64,000 bases of DNA, from assembly GCA_050084515.1 (NCBI GenBank), contig CM114271.1:43028001-43092000 (forward strand). Reading direction: 5' to 3'. The position numbers were made by a program, and so were the translations under genes. Within the stretch, counting starts at the first letter, position 1, and each line of letters starts with the position of its first letter. Under the pieces are notes generated by a model that saw only the letters and a list, made by a program, of their open reading frames with translations, was not told the origin of the DNA and did no database searches. Origin of the DNA: Blasia pusilla. Taxonomy: Eukaryota. Shown here piece after piece: positions 47,691 through 60,651 of this stretch.

Positions 47691-50600
47691 TGTCGCAACC
47701 CTCATGACCAAACAAGTGCCAAGCGGAACATCGGAACATTAGCGGGCTCACGCTAAGATGGTTTGCGCGTTGGAGTTGTCTCAAAGAGGAGACAAGAGAC
47801 GAGACGCGAGCGAGAAGTCGCGTTTCAGATGTGATGGTCGCAACTCAGAAACCTGGACCAAACGCGGAATGAGACTTGAAAGAAGTCGAGTCTGAAAGTG
47901 GGTTGCCAAAGGAAAGATCCGGATTTGGAACGGTGCGTTTGAGAGTTTCCGACTGTATTTATGGCCATAACTTTAGCGCCGAGATGCGTTTGGAGCAAAT
48001 AAGGGTGCGTTGGAAAGCTTATGGAGAGCCGGTTCAACGCACCAAAGATCGCTGCAAACGCATAAGCAGCGACCGAGATACGACCCGAAAACGACTGTAA
48101 GTGGAGTCGGGTTAGAGCCACAATGAAGGGCCCGAACCTCTTTTCCAAAAGGAGGGGTTATTGGAGAACCCCAGAAGTACTAGTAAGGGGAAGGTCTCAG
48201 AGTGAGAACCCAAACCCCACTTTGGGGCGCGCCAAGGCGCTCAAGGGCATGGAACGGAACGCGAGTTTGGGCGTTGGTTGGAAAACCTGCACCAAGTCCA
48301 TTGAGACGATTTTAGACATCCCTCTTGGATTTCACGCCGCGACTCAATTTCTTGGGTCTCGGTTCGAACTCACACGAGGACCGTTGAGAGTTGGGAGCTA
48401 GGCGTGTAAGTGCCGTTTGAGATCCCTTGACTAACCAGGAAGTCTGTTCCAAGTCTTGAAGGACTTGCCATGTGTTGGGAGCTAGGAACTAAGGAAGGTT
48501 GAGCTTGATGAGAGGCCGAGTTGAGGACTCGGTGGGTTGGAACGCGGTTGGCCAAACCCGACTAACGAGTGCGTGTTTGGGTGCGGTCGGCGATGAGTTC
48601 GTGACCCTCATCGAAACGGCAACACTAAAGATTGCGTCAAGGAGGGTAGGGGCGACAAGTGGTATCGTGAGCTTATCCTTGGTGAGCGAGGGGTCATGGG
48701 ATCAGCCGACGCTTGGGAAATTTCAAGGTAGCGGCTGACTCCCGAGGAGGGAAAGAAACGAGGAGGAGAGAGGAGTTGGCTTGGAGATGGCGATCGAGGA
48801 GAACAACCCAAGAGGCGAATCAGCTCGTGAACCGAGAGAGGAACCAATGCCGGACCGTGAAAAGAGACTCGAGACTCAAGAGCCGAACGCAAATCGTGAG
48901 GACGCCCCGTGCGACTCCTTTGGGGCCCAAACTCGAGGGAAAGGGCGGAGTCGAGCCAGGACGGGTGGACTTGTTGAAGGTGTTGGTGGGAGATGTCCCA
49001 AAGCAAAGCAAGCGGATTGCCGAGTTAGAGGCCACTCAAAACCCGCGGGCAAAAAGCTCTGCAAGACAAATCGACGCCATTTATTGGACTGAAAGTGAAG
49101 GATTTCCTTACGGAGGCGAGGCTGTGCCGAGCGCGAAGAGGCTGCTGGCGGGACAAGGTGACGGTAGCCGTTACTTTCTGAAGGATCATGCTCTACAATG
49201 GTGGACCGCTCAACGAGAGGAATATCTCGGGCGGTGAGTCACCTCGAGTTGGGAGGAGTTCAAGGAGTTGATTGGGGATCGGTTCACTCCGAGTACCAAG
49301 GGTTGCGTGACACGGTGGAATGCGTGCTTGGATGCGGCGAGTGGTTCCTTAAGCGCGTATGTGAGGGAGTTTAGTGAAACTGAACTTCTAGTCCGAAGAT
49401 GGATGAGCACGCCGAAGAAGGCTATCTTCATTAGTGGACTCAAGCCGAGGCCGAGAAGGCCCTTTACCGAATCGCCGGCGTTGCAGGAGACTGCGGACCT
49501 TACTGAAGCTAAGCGGAGCTGATTGGGGACGATGAGGTCCAAACCAGAAAACCCTTCGAAGTCAAAAGTTTTTTCAAGAAGTCGAAAAAATAAGGAGGCG
49601 TTCAAAAAGAGGTGGAGGGGGCCAAAGACGTAACCAGAGAGTAAATCGCGGGAGCAAAACGAGTGGAACTTCATGCGGCCGAAAGGAGGACAACACTCAA
49701 GGCGAGGAACGGCAAGGTCGTATGCTACAAGCGTGGCGAACCGGGGCACTGTCGAAAGGGTGTTCAAACCGAAGGTTAGTAATGGGAGTATGATTGCGTT
49801 TCTGCTAAGCATCTGTTGGCGGGCGATATGGGGGACGCCCTTCAAGTCACCAAGAGGACGCACAATTTGGTGTACCTAAGATCCAAGATTGCTGATCGCG
49901 ATGTGTTGTTGCTCGTGAATACAGGTGCTTTGCACTCCTTCCTAAGCCCGAGAATCGTGAAGGCGGGTCATCTACCTCTAAGGCGGACGAGCCCATTCGA
50001 GTGGGATTTGCGGGAGGCAAGTCTCATCGGACTTCTGATTTGGTCTTGGGTTTGTGAGAGGGATGCGGGGTATTCGAGTTGAAGGAGAATTTCTCAGTAT
50101 CGAAATGGACGGCATTGACGGAGTTTTGGGAATACATTCCTAGATGCGTATGAGGTGGAGTTAAGACGCGACCATTGAGGTTGAGCGTCTTGCTAAAAGG
50201 CAAACGATTACAAAAAGTGCGGTTGGTCCGTGAGGTTCAGCGAAGATGGAGTTGGTGAACTCGATCACAAGGAGGAGCATGACTGAGTTGGAGGATGGAT
50301 TTCTCTGCTTGATGAGACAAGTGGAGGAGGCTACAAGCAGATATCTGCAGAGATCAGACGATTTGTCTCAAGGGAATCAGAACCACTCCAGGAAGTGGTC
50401 CAGGAGTTTGGGGATGTCTTGACAAATGAGCTTCGACTGAATTGCCGCCGCATAGAGCCGTAGATCATAAGATAGAGATCATACCCGGTTCCCAACCGCC
50501 TTCAAAAGCACCATATAGGTTGAATCGGGAGGAACTTCTTGAGTTGAAAAAGCGATTAAGTGAGCTCTTGGAAAAGGGTTACATTAGGACTAGCAAGTCA

Positions 50601-53600
50601 CCTTATGGAGCACCTGTTCTCTTTGTAAAGAAGAAGGATGGAAAGATGAGGTGTGTGTTGATTACCGTGCACTTTGAACAAAGTGACGGTTCGAACAATT
50701 ATCCTCTTCCAAGGATAGATGATCTCTTTGATAGGTTGGCAGCGCGAGATATTTTCAAGGGGGATTGACTTGAAGTCGGGATATTACTAGATTCAATTGC
50801 GAGGCAGATGTGGAGAAGATTGCGTCTTGACGGGGGCGAGATACGGTTCCTTTGAGTTTGTAGTGATGCCTTTTGGTCTATGTAACGCGCCTCCGGCGTT
50901 CACCACATTGATGAACTCCATTTTTCACAAGGAAATGGATGAGTATGTTATCATCTATATCGATGATATACTTATCTATTCAAGTCACTAGAGGAGCACG
51001 TTCGACATGTGAGAGCGGTCTTGTCTAAGCTAAGGGCAAAAATCAGTATGCGAATGTAGAGAAGAGCGAATTTGGTTTGAGTAAGATCAAATTCTTGGGT
51101 CACGTGGGTCTGAGATGGCGTCGACCCGGACATGGAAAAGGTAAAAGCGATTTCGAGTGGGAACCCCATCCCTTTGTAAAGGGATGAGGAGGTTCATAGG
51201 TGCGGTGCAATTTTATCGTACTTATGTGAAAAACTTTTCGGGAATTGTGAGACCTCTCCAGATTGGACGGAAAAGTTTGCCAACACGACTTGGACCAGGA
51301 AGTTAATGAGGCATTCAACCGAGTGAAGCAAATTCTATCGCAGGAACCGTGTTAAAAGTTTGCCGGAGTTTGACAAAGCTGTTCAAGTGCATACCGATGC
51401 TAGTGATTTGTGCGGTTGCAGGAATGTTGGTGCAAGAAGGGAGACCGGTGGCATATGAGAGCAAGAAGCTTAGTGACATTGAAAGGAGATGGCTACTCAC
51501 GAGAAAGAGTTGTTCGCGGTGGTACATTGCTTGAGGAAGTGGCGGCATTATCTAGGGCTCCACGGGACTCGAGTATTCACCGATAATATATCACTCAAGT
51601 ATTTTGAGACCAGGATCGAGTGACACCGAAACAAGCTGCGGTGGCATGATACCTTGGCGCGATGGATGTAGAGTTGATCCACAAGCCAAGTAAAGATAAT
51701 GTGATTCAGATCGTTAAGTCGCAAGGAGGAACACATGCCATCGACGACACAGTCTTGAGAGCAATGTTCCCTAAGGAAACAGATCACGGAGAGAAGGATT
51801 AAGTGAAGGATATATGAAGGATGCTCAAGCGGGGGAATACGAGGAAGTTGAAGCGGGGGTGAGAAGGTGGCCAACATAAGTTTGAGGCACGGTTTACTAA
51901 GGTTCAAGCAGTAGGATCTATGTAGGGCAAGGCGAGAATGCGAACCAAGGTGTTAGGTTTGAATGTCACAGCGGACCCTTGGCAGGACATAAAGGAGAGA
52001 AATCTCGCTATTTGATACATCGAAGCGGTTCTTTTGGCCCAACATGAAGGAGGATGTTGCTCAATATGTGAAGACTGTGTGTGACCTTAGCGAATAGAGT
52101 CTCTTATGATAAGAAACAAGGCTTGATGCATCCCTTGCCGATCCCCGAAGGACCCTTGCAAAGTGTGAGTATGGATTTCATCACGAGTCTTCCGAATTTG
52201 GGGATACAACGCTATACTTGTGATTGTGGATCGGTTTAGCAAGTTGGCGAGATTCGTGCCGGCGGTGGATTCCTGAACGGCGTATCGACCAGCGCAACTA
52301 TTCCTCGATAGCTGGTGGCGTGCTCATGGTTTGCCGAGGAGCATTGTTTCAGATCGGGATCCAAAGTTTACGAGTGCTTTCGGAAGCACTTGTTGAAAGG
52401 TTTAAGACCAAGCTGAGTTTGATGACGGCTTTCCACCCCCACAGACGGATGGACAGGTGAAAAGGTAAACTCTATCGTGAATCAAGACTTGAGGAATTAT
52501 ATCAATCTTTGATCAACGCGATTGGGTCGGTGGTGAGCATGGCGGAATACTGCTAACTCGACCAAGCATTACGCAATAGGAGAATCTCCGTTTCTCTGGC
52601 AAATGGACGAGAGCAGAAGGGCCTCTTGATCTAGCCCTTTCGAAGGGTACTACATTGGCACGAACACGACAAGCGACGGTAGAAAGTTTGTTGGTAGAGA
52701 TGCGAGAACAAGAAGAGAGCGTGAGGCGAAGTCTTGCAAAGGCTCAAATGAGGTACGTTAAGCATGCTAACAAGAGTCGGCGCCAAGTACGATTCCAAGT
52801 TGGAGAACAAGTGTGGTTGAGTGTGAAGAATCTCACTCTTCCGAAAGAGTTGTCTGCGAAGCTATCTGCCAAGTATGTTGGACCGTATGTGATTGTGGCA
52901 AACCCGTTTGAGGATGTGTATACGTTGAGGCTGCCAGACGAGTTCAAGATTCACCCGACCTTTCATGTGTCATTTTGAAGAAATACCTTCAAGATAATGG
53001 CGTTTGAGCGGAGCAGTGGTGAGACCGCACCGGTCATCGTAAATGAGGAGCCGGAGTTCGAGGTGGAGACCATCTTACGTTCGAGGCGTTGGGCCAACAA
53101 GTATGAATACTTGATAAAATGGAAGGGCTACCATGTGAAGGAGGCGACTTGGATTGCGGAGGCGGATTTGGAACACGCGCAAGAATTGTTGCGTGACTTC
53201 AAGTGAACACAAGCGAAGCACATACGTTAGTACGAGGAGAAGCTAGAGACATGACTTGTAATCAGTGGAATCTTGGGCCGAGGGCCGTTGTAACTAGAAT
53301 AAGCTAGTGTTGCAATAAAGGAGTGTATGGATTTGGAGATTCGATATCAGTGTTGATTGCAATTTGTATGTGGTAGTGCATGGCTATGAGTCGTTCATCA
53401 TAGACTTAGAATGTACGACAAGAGGACAGACAAGGAGTATTTGAGGTGAGAGCTCGTATGTGGATAAGCACCTAGAACAGGACCTTGTGTTGGATTACAC
53501 TCGGGCTCGCCCTAGCGTCGGCGGAGGCAGATGAAGTCTGTCTTGGGGCTTGGGGTGATCTTACTTGTGGCCACATAAGTAAACTTAGTGACGCGCCTAA

Positions 53601-54921
53601 GTCGAATACGAGAGCGATCCAATAGTAGTACGATTTGTGGACCAGGTAAACAGGTGTGATGTTTACAGTAATGAGTCGAAAGAGTCTAAGGTTGCACACT
53701 TAGTTAGCTTATTTGATAGGTTAGTTCCTTGGAACTAGTCCAGGCTTATCGAAGATGAGAGGCTAATAATTCTAAGTGGGGCAAAGCGACAACTAGAGAC
53801 TAAGAGGAATTGCGGGTTAGCCACCAGAACGCAATTCAATGTCAAGGGTAGGCTGCCAGGAGACTTGACATAATAAAGGTTTGCGTTGATGAGGGCATCA
53901 ACCTCTAAAAGAGGGGTGAGTGTCGCGACCCTCATGACCAAACAAGTGCCAAGCGGAACATCGGAACATTAGCGGGCTCACGCTAAGATGGTTTGCGCGT
54001 TGGAGTTGTCTCAAAGAGGAGACAAGAGACGAGACGCGAGCGAGAAGTCGCGTTTCAGATGTGATGGTCGCAACTCAGAAACCTGGACCAAACGCGGAAT
54101 GAGACTTGAAAGAAGTCGAGTCTAGAAAGTGGGTTGCCAAAGGAAAGATCCGGATTTGGAACGCCACTTGCGTTTGAGAGTTTCCGACTGTATTTATGGC
54201 CATAACTTTTAGCGCCAAGATGCGTTTGGAGCAAATAAGGGTGCGTTGGAAAGCTTATGGAGAGCCGGTTCAAACGCACCAAAGATCGCTGCAAACGCAT
54301 AAGCAGCGACCGAGATACGACCCGAAAACGACTGTAAGTGGAGTCGGGTTAGAGCCACAATGAAGGGCCCGAACCTCTTTTCCAAAAGGGGAGGGGTTAT
54401 TGGAGAACCCCAGAAGTACTAGTAAGGGGGAAGGTCTCCGAGAGTGCTTGGAACCCAAACCCCACTTTGGGCGCCGCGGGGCGGCTCAAGGGCATGGAAC
54501 GGAACGCGAGTTTGGGCGTTGGGTTGGAAAACCTGCACCAAGTCCATTGAGACGATTTTAGACATCCCTCTTGGATTTCACGCCGCGACTCAATTTCTTG
54601 GGTCTCGGTTCGGAACTCACACGAGGACCGTTGAACAGTTGGGATCGCTAGGCGTGTAAGTGCCGTTTCAGATCCCTTGACTAACCAGGAAGTCTGTTCC
54701 AAGTCTTGAAGGACTTGCCATGTGTTGGGAGCTAGGAACTAAGGAAGGTTGAGCTTGATGAGACGCCGAGTTGAGGACTCGGTGGGTTGGAACGCCGGTT
54801 GGCCAAACCCGACTAACGAGAGTGCGTGTTTGGGTGCAGATCGGCGATGAGTTCGTGACCTACTGAACGCACGCTTCCGCAACACTAAAGATTGACGTTC
54901 AAGGAGGGTAGGGGCGCGACA
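47691..54921 (+). mobile_element. Full-length Ty3/Gypsy chromovirus LTR retrotransposon (LTRs 47691-48657 and 53921-54921)
   Basis: LTRs TGTCGC...GCGACA; 5-bp TSD ACAAC on both sides; PBS TGGTATCGTGAGC (tRNA-iMet-like) at 48660; PPT AAAAGAGGGGTGAG at 53907-53920. Confidence 0.96.
48780..53206 (+). pseudogene. gag-pol (gag, PR, RT, RNaseH, IN, chromodomain) broken by many frameshifts
   Basis: [67 protein letters not shown]...IHPTFHVS, FEVETILRSRRWANKYEYLIKWKGY. Confidence 0.93.
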
Positions 54922-56939
54922 ACAACGGCACCTCTCCTCCACGGAATGATGACATGCCATGGTAAGATTCTTTACAAATCCACTCTTGTAAGTCAATTGG
55001 TAGGCAATCCGCACTTGTCAAAGGATAGGTTTACTAGAGTGAAACAAGGTTTATACTACAACACTAGTAAGAGAAAGGAATGTGAAGAGGGCTCTCCTAT
55101 ATGTTTCGTTGATGTTGGTTCAGATTGTACAACTGCTTTTGAGACAAGAGATAATTCAGGCCCTTCAACAAGATCAACTAGGGAAAAAAGAGGTGAGAAG
55201 GGAGGGAAAGGGATAAAGAAAGGAATGGTGATAGTATCTGAGCCAATAGTACAAAAGGATTTTTGGTTGGGAAGGATTGTTATGATCAAATGAAAGTTTG
55301 GTGCATAGTGGGATAAGCATCGAGCTCCTAGTGATTTGCTAGTTAGGCATGTACTTGCTATTGATCAAATAAGTTACGTATGTCAATTTTTGTTAATTGG
55401 CATAAATCCACAATTAACAAAAAAACTCGATTCACATATGACACAACTGATTTGCAATGGATTGATATTGAGATGGTAGTATCGAATGTAATTAACTATG
55501 AAAGAGGGGCTTGAGCGCATCTATGTATTACATCCTATTGATAGGCAAGCAATGGATGATTATCTACGCACAATGACATCTATACCATTGTGGGAGAGTG
55601 CCTTCTTGATTTGCAAACACTTCTATGTGTGACACGTGGCAACTAGACAGCAAGAAAATGTTTCACATGGTATGGGCAGCAAGAAAATATTTGAATTTGT
55701 GTGCAACATCATTAATCTCTTCCCTTCATGGAATATACACTAGCTCTTCAACACTTTTTAAATTTCCCGTGTATGGCACGTATACCTTACTAGTAGTTAT
55801 TATTTTGAAATATACAAATATATACTTAGCATAATTTTGATTTTCCTTTTTTTTAGTGAGCATTTTTGTTTATTGATTGAGACGGTTAGTGGGTGTATGG
55901 GATAGTCTAGTAGGGTGATATATTGGCATAATGAGTTTACACTCATTCAGGGGTTCAATTCCCTTGCATAACTGAGTTGGTTGTAGTGGATGTAGAGGGC
56001 AGACTATTGGGATGATGGATTGATATAATGAGTTTATACTCATTCAAGGGTTGAATGACCTTGCATCAAAGAGTTGGTTGTTGTAACAAATAGTAGATAT
56101 TCTCACCTATACCCTATTCATTAATATGGTTGCCAAAAATAAGAGCTTCTCTTTACTTCCAAGGGTTTTTTTATTCTTTTGAAAACTTAATCTGAAAAAT
56201 TTTAGGGGTCCAAATTTTTGGATTTGGGACATTTTTAAGTAAGAAAGGGGTACAAAACGTTTTCCGAGGACTTTAAAGTTAGAGGGTCCAAACCCTAAAA
56301 CGTCGCAGGTGATGTATAGGTCTACATACAATAACACCCCCCAAGCTTTAAATGAATAGAGACTCATGTTTTTATTTCTTATACAATAATTTCTCATCTT
56401 TATTTCCTCAATTTTAACTATGATGCATAATCGTGTGGCCAACATAATGAAAATAGAAACATTTTATAGTCTTGTAAACTAGTCAAAGATGGAGAATGAA
56501 TTAAATAGATTTCAAGAATGTATTTCTCAAGGGAGATTTGGAGAAGCAAGTCTACATATTTGAGCCCTATAGATAGCCTAAGGAGCAAGCATCCAAATTA
56601 TTTTTCTCTTGTATGAAAACTAAGAAAGACTCTTAATAAACTTGAAAAAGCTTCAAGAGTTTTATATGGTAAAATTCTTAAGTTCCTAGATATCCTTGGA
56701 TTTCCGATCTATAGTTTGGATTTTTTATTTTATTCATTAAGAGTTTAAGGACAACTAATTATGATCATTATCTATGTTGCTTTTTGGATTGCTAGGAGTT
56801 GTTCACTCCAAGCTATCACAATTCCTAGGAGACAAAATTACAAATTGATACTTCAAATTCAATATGCAATTTTAAAGATTTATGAATTCGACATAACAAC
56901 CAACTAAAAACCAATCTCAATGTCATTAGATTATAGTAT

Positions 56940-57520
56940 AAAGTTTATAGTAGATGAAGATGAAGAGGAAGAGAAAGGGATAATTTGATAAGTAATTCCA
57001 ACATGTATCGTGATATGGTCGTGTACACGATCTAACTATTACCATAATTATGAAATCACCATGGAAACCTCATTTTGATGTAATGACATATACAAATCTT
57101 GAGATATATGAAGTTCACGATTCAATTTTTTGAATTCAATCTTCATCTTCAAAGCCTTTGGGGTTACACAAATAAGTTGATGTAGATTGGGCAAGGATTT
57201 TCCTTTAGACAACATTCACTTCTGAGTATATATTCAGGTTTTGCAATAAGTTGGACTTTGAAGAAAAAATCATTGACAATTATTCTCTTATTATCAAGAC
57301 AAGTTGAATACAAAGCAAAAACCATGGCAGCATGCAAAAAAAGAATTGGAAATCTTCTTGTTAGTCTTCTTGTAGATAAGTTAAGTCTTACAATGTTTAG
57401 ATCCAAGAGACATATATGCAAATCATGTATGTATAAATTATTTGGAAAATTATGTAGTGTTACCAACATGGAAAAGAGACCAGGATGCATTATCAATTCA
57501 TTAGGGAGAAAGTCATAGCA
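56940..57520 (+). pseudogene. Degenerate Ty1/Copia RT-RNaseH remnant
   Basis: YRDMV..., VDVDWA..., AISWTLKKKSLTIILLLSRQVEYKA..AC resemble Copia DADWA / ISWxSKKQ..VALS..EAEY. Confidence 0.55.
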
Positions 57521-60201
57521 TATAAGGTAGAGATCACTTATATGAATATATACAAAAGATGTATGATGATTTTTCATATTTTATAGATGATCTATTTATG
57601 CATAATTTTTGAAATTAAGTTGGTTGATTTTGATTACACTTGCTTTGGTATTACTTTTGAATCAACATAAAATCTAAAGCTATTAATTTTCATATTAATT
57701 GGATATTAAAAATTAAAATTTTGGATTTTTTTCATTACGAATGTTTCATTGCAAATTATGTGAAAAAAATTGTGACTCACTAAAAGGAAATGATTACTTG
57801 TTGAGTTATTAGGAAACCAATCACTTTGAAAACTCACGACAAGCAATAATAGATCGATGTATTGTTAGGCAACTTACCACTTCTCATATTTTTGTTTAGA
57901 AAATAAGAGGCTCGATTGTAGTTGGAAACCCAATCTCTAAAAATAGGGGTGAAGGGATCTTACGTCTTTAGATGTAATGACCCTCAATACTCCCAATCTT
58001 GAACCGATACTATCTTTATAATGATCTTACTAAGAGGTAGGCCTTATCTTGAGAAGACCCTTCATCTTCTTAGCATTGAATGTCATATGGTGTAGTGAAA
58101 GTTTCCTCCTCACTACAGTGGGGAGAAGTTTCACCAGCAACTTCTCATCCTTCATATTTTACAAAGCATGGCATTAATTTTTTTATCTTCAAATCCTCCA
58201 AGAGTTAATAAAGTTTTTGACATAACTTTGTTTTGGTTGCATCCTTCCAATTTTTTTGCTAGCTTGGGGATCTTCTTTGACCAAGCAACTCCAACTTGAT
58301 ATATAAGGAAAAATATTTTCTTGGATTAGAGTTTCCAAACTTCTGCATTTCAAAAAACCAACTAGAACTATTACACATGATTATGCTTTTGAATGCTCAA
58401 TTCAATACTTGGAGATTCAATATGAAAATCTATGTTCCCTCCTATATTCATCTTGCAAATAGGGAGACGACATCTTATTGTTTCAAGGAAAAGCTAATGA
58501 GATGTTATGATTCTTTTAATCATGGTCATATTCTTCTTGTATTCGTGGTTTCTGTTTTGCTCTTAGGCAAGCATCTTCATTTCAGTCTCTATAAGATGAA
58601 TATATGCATATGACTTATTTCGAGACCATTGAGCTTTTTGGAAGCTGGCAGGGAATAAATCCCCTTTCCATGTGGAGGACATCAATCTCCTTGAGGATAT
58701 GGTATAGACTCAAGGAATCATATGTAGAAAAGTTAAAATTCTTGATATTAAGAATCATCTTATCAATGAAACTCAATGCACCTTGAAAATTCTCTTCATG
58801 CAACCCTAATCTTGGTTTCCCATTACTCATTTTCTCCTTTTTGGTATTATTTTCTTGGGGGTTTATTGCTTTTGAATAATCTTCCACTAATTTTGCTAAC
58901 CATTTCTTAAAGACTCCATGTTTTTATCCATGTTCAACCTCCATAGAATTTTGGCAATTTTCTCTCTAGGTTATAAATATCCCCTTCTAACATACATAAA
59001 AACGATCCATAATATAGAACCCATCATTTGAGGAAACCAAGAAATTATTTTCCTTGTTCCAAAATCAAGAATGATTATGACGTCTCTCATCGTGCCTGGA
59101 GGAATCTATGAGGGTGGCTTGCTCGTGAATCAAGTTCTCCTTGCTCTCCAACAAGATCAACATTTCTAATTGAGTGTATTGCTTTCTTGTATTCTTGAAG
59201 GGATATGTCTATAAAATTGATTGTAAATGGAGAATGTTACTATCCTCGCATCTAAAAGTTTTCTTATTTACTAGAATGTTGTTGAATGTTTAAATTAAAT
59301 ATTCATTTATGTTATATGATAAAAAGACTTGAGCATGTTTAGATTTTGTTGGGGATTTGCGCAAGAATAGATATACAACAAGTTATTCATTCATATTGGA
59401 CAAGGTTTGGCAGAATATTTGGATTTTATGTTTCTGCATAGGTAAGAAAATAGGAGCCATGATGGGTTTTCCAACAAAAAATAAGTGTTTGAATTTTCAT
59501 AATTTTTTGAAAAAATGTACAAAATATCCGGTTTATACATGACCTTGACATTGGCAAATGGATTTATAAGTCGGAAGTCTATATTGTAGTTCACTATACC
59601 TTTGGTTTTTCCACTACAAAGGTAGATTATATGTATATGGAAACTAAGAAGGCCATTTTTTAAGAAGACTTCTTTGTTAGCTTAGATTAATTCATGACCA
59701 AATTGCATGCATTGCATTGCAATATCTAGAGTAGGATTCATGAGGAAAAAATGTACTACTCAAGAAAAACATATCTTGATGTTAAGTATTACTAAATTTG
59801 GGAGATTTTTGTTGATCATGAAGTATGTCTATAGAATATAGACACAAAAGTACATACAAAAAATATGTTGAAGAATCTTGTATGAATGGAGAACTTCAAG
59901 CTTTGCTTGGATCCCCTCAACAGTTTTGATGGTCAAGTCATCCATTGGGTGGAATGGAGAATAGTTTGATATTTTGATTTATGATTAGTACTATATACCA
60001 TGAACTCAATATGTGTAATAGTAGGCAAAGCCCATGTTCTTCAGTGCTCATTTCTCAATGTTGATCGTTTTGTACTTCAATAATTGTCTTGCCCTCACCA
60101 TGATCCTATGATATTTGTTAGAGATCAATTGTATTACGCAATTCTATGCGAAATCCTCCGACCAAAATGATTTGTTCCACTAATCTCAGATGGCCGAAAT
60201 G

Positions 60202-60651
60202 CAAGGTTGCACAAGATGGATTTGCCAAGACAAGTTTACACATGTTTGCGGACATGCCATCCCACACCCACTCTCACATCTAGGGCCCGTCCCTTCTACA
60301 ACCTTCACCCGCATCTAGCTCGTAACCCTGCATGCATATGGCTCAAGCATCCGTCCGTCATGCCTCCCATCCAAGCTAGACGCAAGCGCGGGTAACTTGT
60401 ACCCATCCCGTGTGGGCCTAATTTTTTTTAAAGGGCAAGCAAGGCACTTTTGGCCCACATCCTCTTTGTACCCCTCTTGATGCGGGCAAGATGCTGGCCA
60501 GGGTCACAGGAGGAATACAAGCCAAGAGAGTGTAGTGCATGATTGCGGTAGGCTCGGGTGCGGGATGTGGGTAGTCAGGCCCGCTCAAACATGTCTGTCC
60601 CTAGAACAAACATAAGTGCGCGGTCACGAACTTTATCTAAGTGTAACCTTG
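60202..60651. mobile_element. hAT-type MITE, same TIR family
   Basis: CAAGGTTGCAC...GTGTAACCTTG; TSD CCGAAATG/CCAAAATG (7/8 match). Confidence 0.8.
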
